This document shows, piece after piece, positions 39,161 to 46,100 of a stretch of DNA of 64,000 nucleotides. The DNA is from Candidatus Omnitrophota bacterium. Lineage in GTDB: Bacteria; Omnitrophota; Gorgyraeia; Zapsychrales; JANLHA01. The notes beneath the pieces were generated by a model, which was not told the origin of the DNA, searched no databases, and saw only the letters and a program-made list of their open reading frames with translations. How positions within the stretch are numbered: the first letter of the stretch is position 1; every line of letters begins with the position of its first letter. Position numbers and translations under genes: made by a program. Location: contig JACKFJ010000001.1 in the NCBI GenBank assembly GCA_020632535.1, positions 346,890-410,889 of the forward strand, read 5' to 3'.

Positions 39161-40159
39161 ATGAAAATTGCTGTGATCGGAGCCGGAGCCATTGGATCAG
39201 TTGTCGCCGCGGGATTGTTCAAATCCAACGTCGACGTTCTGCTGGTTGGACGGGCTGATCAAGTCGCAGCCATTAAGGAACGGGGACTGACAATAAAGCG
39301 TTTTGATGGCACTGAAACGCTTAATGTTCCGGTAGCAGAGCGCTTGGATCGTGAATTTGATCTGGTGATTTTTACGACAAAAACGCAGGATGTTGATGAT
39401 GCGTACATGCAAAATTCAGAGTTTATGGAAAATTGTCTGGTGTTGGCGACACAAAACGGGGTGCAGGGAGACAATATTTTAAGTCCACATTTTTTCCCGG
39501 AACGCGTGATAAGCAGTATTGTGATGTTTGGCGCGACCTATGTTAAGCCCGGCGAAGTCACTTACAATTTTCCGGGTGACTGGATTATTGGCAAACGTTT
39601 TGTGATGAATGATATTAAAGTCCATGAGATTGCGGACATTTTAAAGAAAAGTTTTTCGGTTGAAGTGACTGACAATATATTAGGGATGAAATGGTTAAAG
39701 CTTTTCGTTAATTTTAATAATTGTATTCCGGCCTTGATCGGCAAGTCGATGCAGGAAACTTTTACCGATATGGATTTGTGCCGCTTGAGCGTCTCACTTT
39801 TAAAGGAAGCCTTGCCGATTGTACAGAGCGCTAATATCAAACTTGTGTCATTGCCGCAATTTCCTGTTGAGCGGGTGCAAGGCTTAGCGGCCATGCCATT
39901 AGAACAAGGCGCTGGCATTATGAATAAGACATTGACGGGATTAAGCAAAGAGCCGCTTTATGGGTCAATTCTACAAAGTATTTTGCGTGGCAAGACCAGT
40001 GAAATTGATTTTATTAATGGGGAAGTTGTGGCAATCGCATCAGGAATGAGAATGGATGCTCCACTTAATCGTAAAGTTGTGCGTATGGTTCACACCGTTG
40101 AAGAGACGGGAAAGTTTTTTTCAGCAGAAGAAGTTAAAAAGGAATTTAGTTTGGTCTAA
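39161..40159 (+). CDS. 2-dehydropantoate 2-reductase family (ApbA/PanE-like) NAD(P)H oxidoreductase
   Basis: MKIAVIGAGAIGS Rossmann start. LVLATQNG, KLFVNFNNCI and EIDFINGEV match the KPR family. Confidence 0.8.
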   Translation: MKIAVIGAGAIGSVVAAGLFKSNVDVLLVGRADQVAAIKERGLTIKRFDGTETLNVPVAERLDREFDLVIFTTKTQDVDDAYMQNSEFMENCLVLATQNGVQGDNILSPHFFPERVISSIVMFGATYVKPGEVTYNFPGDWIIGKRFVMNDIKVHEIADILKKSFSVEVTDNILGMKWLKLFVNFNNCIPALIGKSMQETFTDMDLCRLSVSLLKEALPIVQSANIKLVSLPQFPVERVQGLAAMPLEQGAGIMNKTLTGLSKEPLYGSILQSILRGKTSEIDFINGEVVAIASGMRMDAPLNRKVVRMVHTVEETGKFFSAEEVKKEFSLV

Positions 40160-40163
40160 TAAT

Positions 40164-40251
40164 CTGTCATCCCCGAATGTTCGTATCGGGGATCTATAGT
40201 TTATGGATTCCCGCTTAAAGATAGTAGCCTTCGGCTATAGGCGGGAATGAC
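40164..40251. repeat. family-A palindromic repeat element, copy 1 (inverted orientation)
   Basis: ctgtcatccccga...tcggggatc hairpin plus ggattcccgc...gcgggaatgac hairpin. Termini are tgtcat.../...atgac. Confidence 0.8.
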
Positions 40252-40270
40252 CTGAGGGATGGAGTTTTAT

Positions 40271-41527
40271 ATGGCACGACGAGTCGTAGTTACTGGTATC
40301 GGAATTGTTTCACCCAATGGCGTCGGTAAAGAAGCCTGTTGGAAAAGTATGATCAATGGCGTGTCGGCGGTTAAACGTGTGACCGAGTTTGATGTGACAC
40401 CTTTTAATACCAAAATTGCCGCGCAGGTCAGAGATTTTGATCCTGTCATGTTGGGCTTGACGTGGGAAGAAAGTATGCGCATGGATCGCTATGTGCAGTT
40501 TGCGGTTGTCAGCGCGCGTATGGCCCTAGAAGATTCCCATTTGAATTTGAGCAAAGTTAATCCCCAGCGAATTGGTGTTTCTCTTGCCAACGCGATTTGC
40601 GGGACCAAATATATGGAAGAGGAATTTGCGCTTGTGACCGACAGCGGCAAAAATCCAATTAATCCCGCGATTGTTCGCCCTGATCTTTATGACGCGGCGA
40701 TGTTTAATACACCGTCGAGCGAAATTTCCGCGAAGTATGGACTTAAAGGTGTTTGCAATACGATCTCGACGGGTTGTACTGCGGGAACTGATTCGGTAGG
40801 GTTTTCGTTTGAAACGATTATGGATGGCGATGCGGATATTATGGTGACCGGTGCGGCCGAAGCCCCGATTACCCCGATCACATTTGGCGCGTTTGATACC
40901 GTCAATGTTCTTTCAGCGATGAATGAATTTCCAGAAAAAGCGTCTCGTCCTTTTGATGCGAAGCGCAATGGTTTTGTCATTTCTGAAGGCGCAGGTGTTC
41001 TCATTCTCGAAGAATTACAACATGCCAAGAAGCGTGGCGCACGGATTTATTGTGAAGTCGTTGGTTTTGGGACGACCAACAATGCTTTTCATATGACGGA
41101 TTTACCTCCGGATGGCGACGCGATGGCCGATTGCATTAATATTGCGATGGATGAAGCAAAAGTCAAGCCACAAGACATCGATTATCTTAATGCCCACGGT
41201 TCCTCGACGAGGCAGAATGATGTTTTTGAAACGAGCGCGTATAAAATGGCTTTAGGAGATCACGCGTACAAAATTCCAATCAGTTCGCTTAAGTCGATGA
41301 TTGGCCATCCCTTGGCTGGCGCCAATGGTTTGGAACTTGCCGTTGGATGTATGATTTTTGAACGTAATATTTTGCCGCCGACAATCAATCAAGAATTTCC
41401 AGATCCACAATGTGATTTAGATTATATCCCCAACGTGAGTCGTGAAAAGAAAGTTAATGTCATGTTAAAAACTTCGAGCGGTTTTTCGGGGATCCACTCG
41501 GCCATGGTGTTAAGAAGATTTGAATAA
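40271..41527 (+). CDS. type II polyketide synthase ketosynthase alpha (KS-alpha)
   Basis: RRVVVTGIGIVSPNG. TISTGCTAGTDSVG with the Cys codon at 40775-40777. EAPITPITFGAFD, ASRPFD, FHMTD, NAHGSST, PDPQCDLDYIP and SSGFSGIHSAMVLRR. Collinear with actinorhodin-type KS-alpha as I remember it. Confidence 0.9.
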   Translation: MARRVVVTGIGIVSPNGVGKEACWKSMINGVSAVKRVTEFDVTPFNTKIAAQVRDFDPVMLGLTWEESMRMDRYVQFAVVSARMALEDSHLNLSKVNPQRIGVSLANAICGTKYMEEEFALVTDSGKNPINPAIVRPDLYDAAMFNTPSSEISAKYGLKGVCNTISTGCTAGTDSVGFSFETIMDGDADIMVTGAAEAPITPITFGAFDTVNVLSAMNEFPEKASRPFDAKRNGFVISEGAGVLILEELQHAKKRGARIYCEVVGFGTTNNAFHMTDLPPDGDAMADCINIAMDEAKVKPQDIDYLNAHGSSTRQNDVFETSAYKMALGDHAYKIPISSLKSMIGHPLAGANGLELAVGCMIFERNILPPTINQEFPDPQCDLDYIPNVSREKKVNVMLKTSSGFSGIHSAMVLRRFE

Positions 41528-41561
41528 AATGAGCGATATATTTTATAAAATGGAGTTTTAA

Positions 41562-42794
41562 ATGCAGCCTATTGCGATTACCGGTATCGGTTTAGTTACA
41601 CCCAGCGGGATTGATAAAAGAAAGTTTTGGTCGAATATTGTCCATGGCCGATCCGTCATTAAGAAAATTGATCGTTTTGACGCATCATTATATGAATCTC
41701 ATATTGCCGGACAAGTGCATGAATTAGACGCATACAGCAATGTCTCCTCGCGGCTTTTAAAAAAGATCGATTTATTTTCGCATATGGGTTTGGTCGCCTC
41801 CGAAATCGCGATCACTGACGCTAAGCTAGATCTTGCGCAAGAGAACTTGAAACGCGCTGGTATTTTTATGGGTAATGCCATTGGCGGTTGGCTCTACGCC
41901 GAAACCGAATTGCGTGATTTGTATCTAGAGGGAAGAGAAGGCGTAAGCCCATTTATGGCCTCCGCGTGGTTTCCCGCCGCGCCGCAAGGTCAAATTTCCA
42001 TTCATTACGGCATTAAGGGCTACAGCAAAACCATCGTCGCTGATCGAGCGAGTTCTCTGATGGCCATCGGCTATGGCGCAAAAAATTTATTGCGCGGCAA
42101 AAACGACTTTATTCTTGCCGGCGGCATGGAGGCGCCTGTCACACCGTACGCGCTTTTGTGTTGCAACACATCGGGGTGTCTTTCTTCTAATAATGACGAA
42201 GCCGAAACCGCGTATCGGCCGTTTGATAAACAACGTGACGGGTTTGCCATTGCTGAGGGCGCGGGAATTTTGATTTTAGAACCACAAGAGCGTGTCAAAT
42301 CGCGCGGTGCACATGTGTATGGCAATATTATTGGTTTTGCGACGACGACAGATGGTGTGAATCGTATTGAACCTGCGACGGACGGTGTGGAATTGGCCCG
42401 CGCGATCAAAATGGCTTTGGATGATGCCGGCCTTGCGCAGAAAGATATTGATTATATTTGTGCCGACGGTGCGGGCGGACTTTTAAGCGATATTTCTGAA
42501 ACCAAGGCGATCAAATTAGTCTTTGGTGATTACGCTAAAAAGATCCCAATTTCAGCGCCCAAAGCCGTTTTCGGAAATATGTTAGGCGCGTGCGGCGCGC
42601 TTGATGTGATAACGACATTGTTGGCGATGGAGCATGACCTTATTCCACCGACGATTAATCTCAAAATGCCTGACCCACAATGTGATTTAGATTATGTTCC
42701 CAATGAAGCGCGTGCCAAAGTTATAAAAAATGCGATGGTCATCAATCGCGGCCGCGGCGGCATCAATTGCGTTTTAGTTTTGCAGAAACCTTAA
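41562..42794 (+). CDS. type II PKS ketosynthase beta / chain-length factor-like subunit (catalytic triad absent)
   Basis: KS fold (IAITGIGLVTPSG, AWFPAAPQGQISIHYG). TIVADRASSLMAIG replaces the Cys motif, with Arg codon CGA at 42045-42047. TTDGV replaces HMTD and CADGAGG replaces NAHGSST. PDPQCDLDYVP is retained. Confidence 0.85.
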   Translation: MQPIAITGIGLVTPSGIDKRKFWSNIVHGRSVIKKIDRFDASLYESHIAGQVHELDAYSNVSSRLLKKIDLFSHMGLVASEIAITDAKLDLAQENLKRAGIFMGNAIGGWLYAETELRDLYLEGREGVSPFMASAWFPAAPQGQISIHYGIKGYSKTIVADRASSLMAIGYGAKNLLRGKNDFILAGGMEAPVTPYALLCCNTSGCLSSNNDEAETAYRPFDKQRDGFAIAEGAGILILEPQERVKSRGAHVYGNIIGFATTTDGVNRIEPATDGVELARAIKMALDDAGLAQKDIDYICADGAGGLLSDISETKAIKLVFGDYAKKIPISAPKAVFGNMLGACGALDVITTLLAMEHDLIPPTINLKMPDPQCDLDYVPNEARAKVIKNAMVINRGRGGINCVLVLQKP

Positions 42795-42800
42795 CGTGTT

Positions 42801-42865
42801 TGTCATTCCCGCGAAAGCGGGAATCCATAGAAGCGGATCCCCGATACAAGCGCTCTGGGATGACA
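42801..42865. repeat. family-A palindromic repeat element, copy 2
   Basis: tgtcattcccgcgaaagcgggaatcc hairpin, then a degenerate ggatccccga...ctgggatgaca hairpin. Lies between the CLF and ACP genes. Confidence 0.8.
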
Positions 42866-42884
42866 TGATTATTAGGAGGAGTGT

Positions 42885-43115
42885 ATGTCAGTTGAAGAGC
42901 AAGTCAAAGCTGTTTTTAAAAAAGTCCTTGATATCAATCCATCCGAAATCAAACCCAATGAACAGTTAGGCGCGTCATTAGGCATTGATTCAACGGAATT
43001 AGTTGAGATTTCCGTCGGGATCAAAAAGGAAATTGGAGTTGCGTTAGCGGATAGCGAACTTAAAAAATCACACACATTTAACGAAATCATCAAAATCATT
43101 GAGTCAAAGAAATAA
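42885..43115 (+). CDS. acyl carrier protein (PKS-associated)
   Basis: 76 aa, four-helix pattern, phosphopantetheine-attachment motif LGIDSTELVE. RBS aggagga. Confidence 0.85.
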   Translation: MSVEEQVKAVFKKVLDINPSEIKPNEQLGASLGIDSTELVEISVGIKKEIGVALADSELKKSHTFNEIIKIIESKK

Positions 43116-43123
43116 TAAAAACA

Positions 43124-43232
43124 CTGTCATTCCCGGGACCTTTGGGAGTACCCGGTACGAGGGTGCAATCTCTTAGCGGGAATCCATTATTTTAAAGTTA
43201 TGGATCCCCGATTAAAGCATTCGGGGATGACA
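43124..43232. repeat. family-A palindromic repeat element, copy 3 (first hairpin carries a ~40-nt insertion)
   Basis: ctgtcattcccg[ggacc...ctctta]gcgggaatcc, then ggatccccgattaaagcattcggggatgaca. Confidence 0.8.
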
Positions 43233-43245
43233 AAAGCAGGTAATT

Positions 43246-44043
43246 ATGATCATCGACCTTTCCTTACCTATCGACGACAAACTCGTCGAAACCCATGATG
43301 CCAAAATCGACCGCATTTCGCATGCACAAGGTGTTGAGCATTTTAATTGGGTTGTTATGAAAAATCAGCCCGGCGGTCAAGAACGTTTTGACAAAGGCGA
43401 GCGCGTCGCGACCAAAGAAGAAATTCCTGACGGCGAAATGTTATCACTCGAAATCGTTCATTCATCCGTTCATATGGGTAGTCACGTTGACGCGCCGTTT
43501 CATTATGGCAGCACATGCGAAGGCAAGCCTGCCAAGCAAATTATGGATGTTCCGCTTGAGTGGTGTCTTGGTCCCGGTGTTGTTTTAGATTTTACCCACA
43601 TTCAATTTCCCGCCGCAATTGGCAAAAAAGATGTACAAGACGCTTTAGCAAAAATCAATTACAAACTAAAACCGATGGATATTGTTTTGCTTTATACTGG
43701 CGGTGACAAGTTGCTCGGCACAGATGATTATGTTAATAAATATGTCGGTTGCACAGTAGACGCGATTGAATATTTGCTGGATCAGGGTATCAAGATGATG
43801 GGTGTGGACACGATTGGTTTAGATCGGCCATGCTTTTTGATGTTTAAGGAATTTTTGACGACGAAAGATAAGAGTAAGATTTGGCCATGCCATTTCTTGG
43901 GTCGTCGTAGGGAATATTGTCACATGGAGCGCTTGGGAAATTTGGGCGCGATACCCAAACCATTTGGTTTTACGGTTTCTTGTTTGCCGGTTAAAGTTAG
44001 AAATGCCGGAGCGGGATGGAGCCGCGTTGTCGCGATTGTTTAA
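43246..44043 (+). CDS. cyclase-family protein (PF04199; kynurenine-formamidase / putative polyketide cyclase fold)
   Basis: The family motif HxGTHxDxPxH is present as HMGSHVDAPFH. Also MGVDTIGLD. Confidence 0.75.
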   Translation: MIIDLSLPIDDKLVETHDAKIDRISHAQGVEHFNWVVMKNQPGGQERFDKGERVATKEEIPDGEMLSLEIVHSSVHMGSHVDAPFHYGSTCEGKPAKQIMDVPLEWCLGPGVVLDFTHIQFPAAIGKKDVQDALAKINYKLKPMDIVLLYTGGDKLLGTDDYVNKYVGCTVDAIEYLLDQGIKMMGVDTIGLDRPCFLMFKEFLTTKDKSKIWPCHFLGRRREYCHMERLGNLGAIPKPFGFTVSCLPVKVRNAGAGWSRVVAIV

Positions 44044-44061
44044 TTTATGGAGGATTCGCTG

Positions 44062-44565
44062 ATGTTTAAAAAATTAATATTAGGTATGTTTATTTTTCTT
44101 TTGACGAGTGTAGCGTCGGCGGATGTTTTGGTGTTTAAATCAGGAAAGACTGTTGAAGGACTTATCACTAAAGTCACCGAAACAGGTATTACCTTTCAAT
44201 CAGGGAATGATACTTTAGGCGTAAGCTATACGCAAATCAAGGATATCCGTGAATCGACTGGGCCGAATGCAAGAAATAGTCCCCATATCGCGATAGCCCG
44301 AGGAGACGGTGTTTCGCAAGCGAGTGCTGGGACTCAAACAAAAAAAGTGGTTGTGTATATGACAAGTTGGTGTGGGTATTGTCGAAAAATGACCGCTTTT
44401 TTAAAGCAAAATGGAATAGCTTACACTGCGCATGATATTGAAAAGAATGATATGGCCAAGAAGATGTATCAAAAGTATGGTGGACAGGGTGTTCCTCTTG
44501 TCATTGTTGGCGAGAAGGTCATTCGTGGTTATAATCCTGATGGCGTTGTTGCCGCGTTGCGATAA
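44062..44565 (+). CDS. exported glutaredoxin/thioredoxin-fold protein
   Basis: Signal peptide MFKKLILGMFIFLLTSVASA. C-terminal VVVYMTSWCGYCRKM (CxxC) ... GVPLVIVGEKVIRGYNP. An alternative upstream start exists at 44047. Confidence 0.7.
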   Translation: MFKKLILGMFIFLLTSVASADVLVFKSGKTVEGLITKVTETGITFQSGNDTLGVSYTQIKDIRESTGPNARNSPHIAIARGDGVSQASAGTQTKKVVVYMTSWCGYCRKMTAFLKQNGIAYTAHDIEKNDMAKKMYQKYGGQGVPLVIVGEKVIRGYNPDGVVAALR

Positions 44566-44573
44566 AGATAATT

Positions 44574-44852
44574 GTGAGTGAAGAAAATTATAAATTTAAT
44601 ATTCCTGACGAAATTTACGGTCAAGTCATCGATGGCATTGATTTGCAGATTTTAAGCTCGGACTCGGTGCGGATTATCGAAGCGTATGTAAAGCAGGAAG
44701 GGGAGCTAAGCGAAATTCAAGAACGGGTTTTACATCAATGCGAGCGTGAGCTTCAGGTAGTTATTCTTAAGACTGAAGGTAAGCTTCGTGAATATTTTAA
44801 GCAGGTTTTGCACGGCATCATGGATGTCATTAAAAAGTTGAAGCATATATAA
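44574..44852 (+). CDS. hypothetical protein (92 aa, GTG start)
   Basis: ORF only. Helical, acidic, no motif recognised. Confidence 0.4.
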   Translation: MSEENYKFNIPDEIYGQVIDGIDLQILSSDSVRIIEAYVKQEGELSEIQERVLHQCERELQVVILKTEGKLREYFKQVLHGIMDVIKKLKHI

Positions 44853-44867
44853 ACATTCGGAGGTCAG

Positions 44868-44907
44868 TTATGGGACACACACGTAATTCAATTGTTATCA
44901 GTGCACC
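44868..44907 (+). repeat. 40-bp direct repeat, upstream copy (duplicated RBS-proximal 5' end of the aromatase/cyclase gene)
   Basis: ttatgggacacacacgtaattcaattgttatcagtgcacc is identical to 45452-45491. Weaker similarity extends ~10 nt further upstream (cggag..ag). Creates a 16-codon stub ORF, 44870-44920. Confidence 0.9.
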
Positions 44908-44949
44908 TGATCGATTTTAATTTAGAACTATACCTCGAAAGGACATAAA

Positions 44950-45135
44950 ATGATATCTCCCAAAAAAGAAATGACAAAAATTATTGAACGACAGCCAGAG
45001 GACAGCTCGTATGACGAAATCCTTCGTGAACTTGCTTTTGCCCGAATGATTGACCGTGGACTAAGCGACTCCAAGGCTAAGCGTACAATTAGTAATGCGC
45101 AAATGAAACAAAGGATTGTTAAGTGGCAGAAATAA
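44950..45135 (+). CDS. type II antitoxin (ParD/RelB-like addiction-module component)
   Basis: 61 aa. SYDEILRELAFARMIDRGLSDSKAKRTISNAQMKQRI is the pattern of small antitoxins paired with ParE/RelE toxins. Overlaps the toxin start by 13 nt. Confidence 0.65.
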   Translation: MISPKKEMTKIIERQPEDSSYDEILRELAFARMIDRGLSDSKAKRTISNAQMKQRIVKWQK

Positions 45136-45425
45136 AGTGGACCAAAGAAGCGCAAACTTGGCTTAAGGATATCCATGATTATATCGCGCTTGAAAATGCG
45201 AAGGCAGCAGCCAAAATTATTGAAGAAATTTTTCAGAGGGCACAGATTTTAAAACGTTTGCCGGAGATTGGTTACAAATATGATCGTTACCCCAATGTTA
45301 ATATCCGTATTTTGCTTTACGGGCATTATCGTATCGCGTATTTGATTAAAAGGGATCACAATATTGATATTTTGGGTGTTTTTCATGGCGCGTTAGATAT
45401 TGATCGGTACATTCAAAAATCGTAA
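45123..45425 (+). CDS. type II toxin, RelE/ParE family
   Basis: 100 aa. IKWTKEAQTWLKDIHDYIA ... GHYRIAYLIKRDHNIDILGVFHGALD is the typical ParE/plasmid-stabilisation toxin layout. GTG start. Confidence 0.75.
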   Translation: MAEIKWTKEAQTWLKDIHDYIALENAKAAAKIIEEIFQRAQILKRLPEIGYKYDRYPNVNIRILLYGHYRIAYLIKRDHNIDILGVFHGALDIDRYIQKS

Positions 45426-45451
45426 TAATATAAATTAAAACGGAGATAAGT

Positions 45452-45491
45452 TTATGGGACACACACGTAATTCAATTGTTATCAGTGCACC
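45452..45491 (+). repeat. 40-bp direct repeat, downstream copy (authentic 5' end of the aromatase/cyclase gene)
   Basis: Identical to 44868-44907. Confidence 0.9.
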
Positions 45492-45909
45492 GTATAGTTT
45501 GGTTTTCGACATTTCCAATAAGATTGAACGTTGGACAGAATTGTTCGGCGATGAATATGTGAGCGCCGAAGTTTTGGAACGCAAGGACAATGAAATTGTT
45601 TTTCGCTTAACCGACGACGAAAAAAAGTCGTGGGTTTCCAAACGATGGCTTTTTAAGGAACACAATCTCGCGTATGCGTCACGGTATGAGCCGATGTTTC
45701 CGTTTCGCTATATGAAAATTATCTGGCTGTATAACGAAACTTCCGAAGGCACGGAAATGATTTGGATGCAGGATTTTGCGATGGATGAAAAATTTACCAA
45801 ATTCACAGAGACACAGATTGAAGGCTTTATTAATGAGCATTCACAGCATAATATGAAAATATTTAAAAAGGTCATTGAGGCTGAGGCTAAAGTAACAGTG
45901 GACAAATAG
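45454..45909 (+). CDS. SRPBCC aromatase/cyclase (TcmN N-terminal-domain / WhiE-ORFVI-like ARO/CYC)
   Basis: TRNSIVISAPYSLVFDISNKIERWTELFGDEY ... SWVSKR ... FRYMKIIWLY ... GTEMIWMQDFAMDE parallels the TcmN ARO/CYC sequence as I recall it ([30 protein letters not shown] ... MRWVQEFDM). Confidence 0.8.
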   Translation: MGHTRNSIVISAPYSLVFDISNKIERWTELFGDEYVSAEVLERKDNEIVFRLTDDEKKSWVSKRWLFKEHNLAYASRYEPMFPFRYMKIIWLYNETSEGTEMIWMQDFAMDEKFTKFTETQIEGFINEHSQHNMKIFKKVIEAEAKVTVDK

Positions 45910-45910
45910 T

Positions 45911-46100
45911 CCTGTCATTCCTGCAATCTTTTATCGGGAATCCATGAATATAAGTAATCCTGTCATTCCCGCAATCTTTTAGCGGGAATCCATGAATATA
46001 AGTGGATCCCCGATAGTAACATTCGGGGATGACATGTTGAATCATTCGGGGATGACATGTTGAATCATTCGGGGATGACATGTTGAATCATTGGGGATGA
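45911..46100. repeat. family-A repeat cluster, copy 4: a 48-nt unit x2, then a 23-nt unit x3.5
   Basis: cctgtcattcc(t/c)gcaatctttta(t/g)cgggaatccatgaatataagt at 45911-45958 and 45959-46003. attcggggatgacatgttgaatc at 46021-46043, 46044-46066 and 46067-46089, plus a partial attggggatga at 46090-46100. Confidence 0.9.

Noticed and set aside
40271-42794. KS pair interpreted as duplicated housekeeping FabF/FabB
   Set aside because: The housekeeping fab genes (plsX-fabH-fabD) lie elsewhere in the window. The second KS lacks the entire Cys-His-His triad. The pair is followed by its own ACP and two cyclase-type genes.
45887-46081. 64-aa minus-strand ORF (…YIHGFPLKDCGNDR…YIHGFPIKDCRNDR…)
   Set aside because: It is simply the translation of the tandem family-A repeats. 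The internal duplication of the peptide mirrors the 48-nt DNA repeat.
46021-46100. Possible CRISPR array suggested by the 23-nt direct repeats
   Set aside because: The repeats abut each other with no spacers. The unit is short and derives from the family-A palindrome. No cas genes are nearby.
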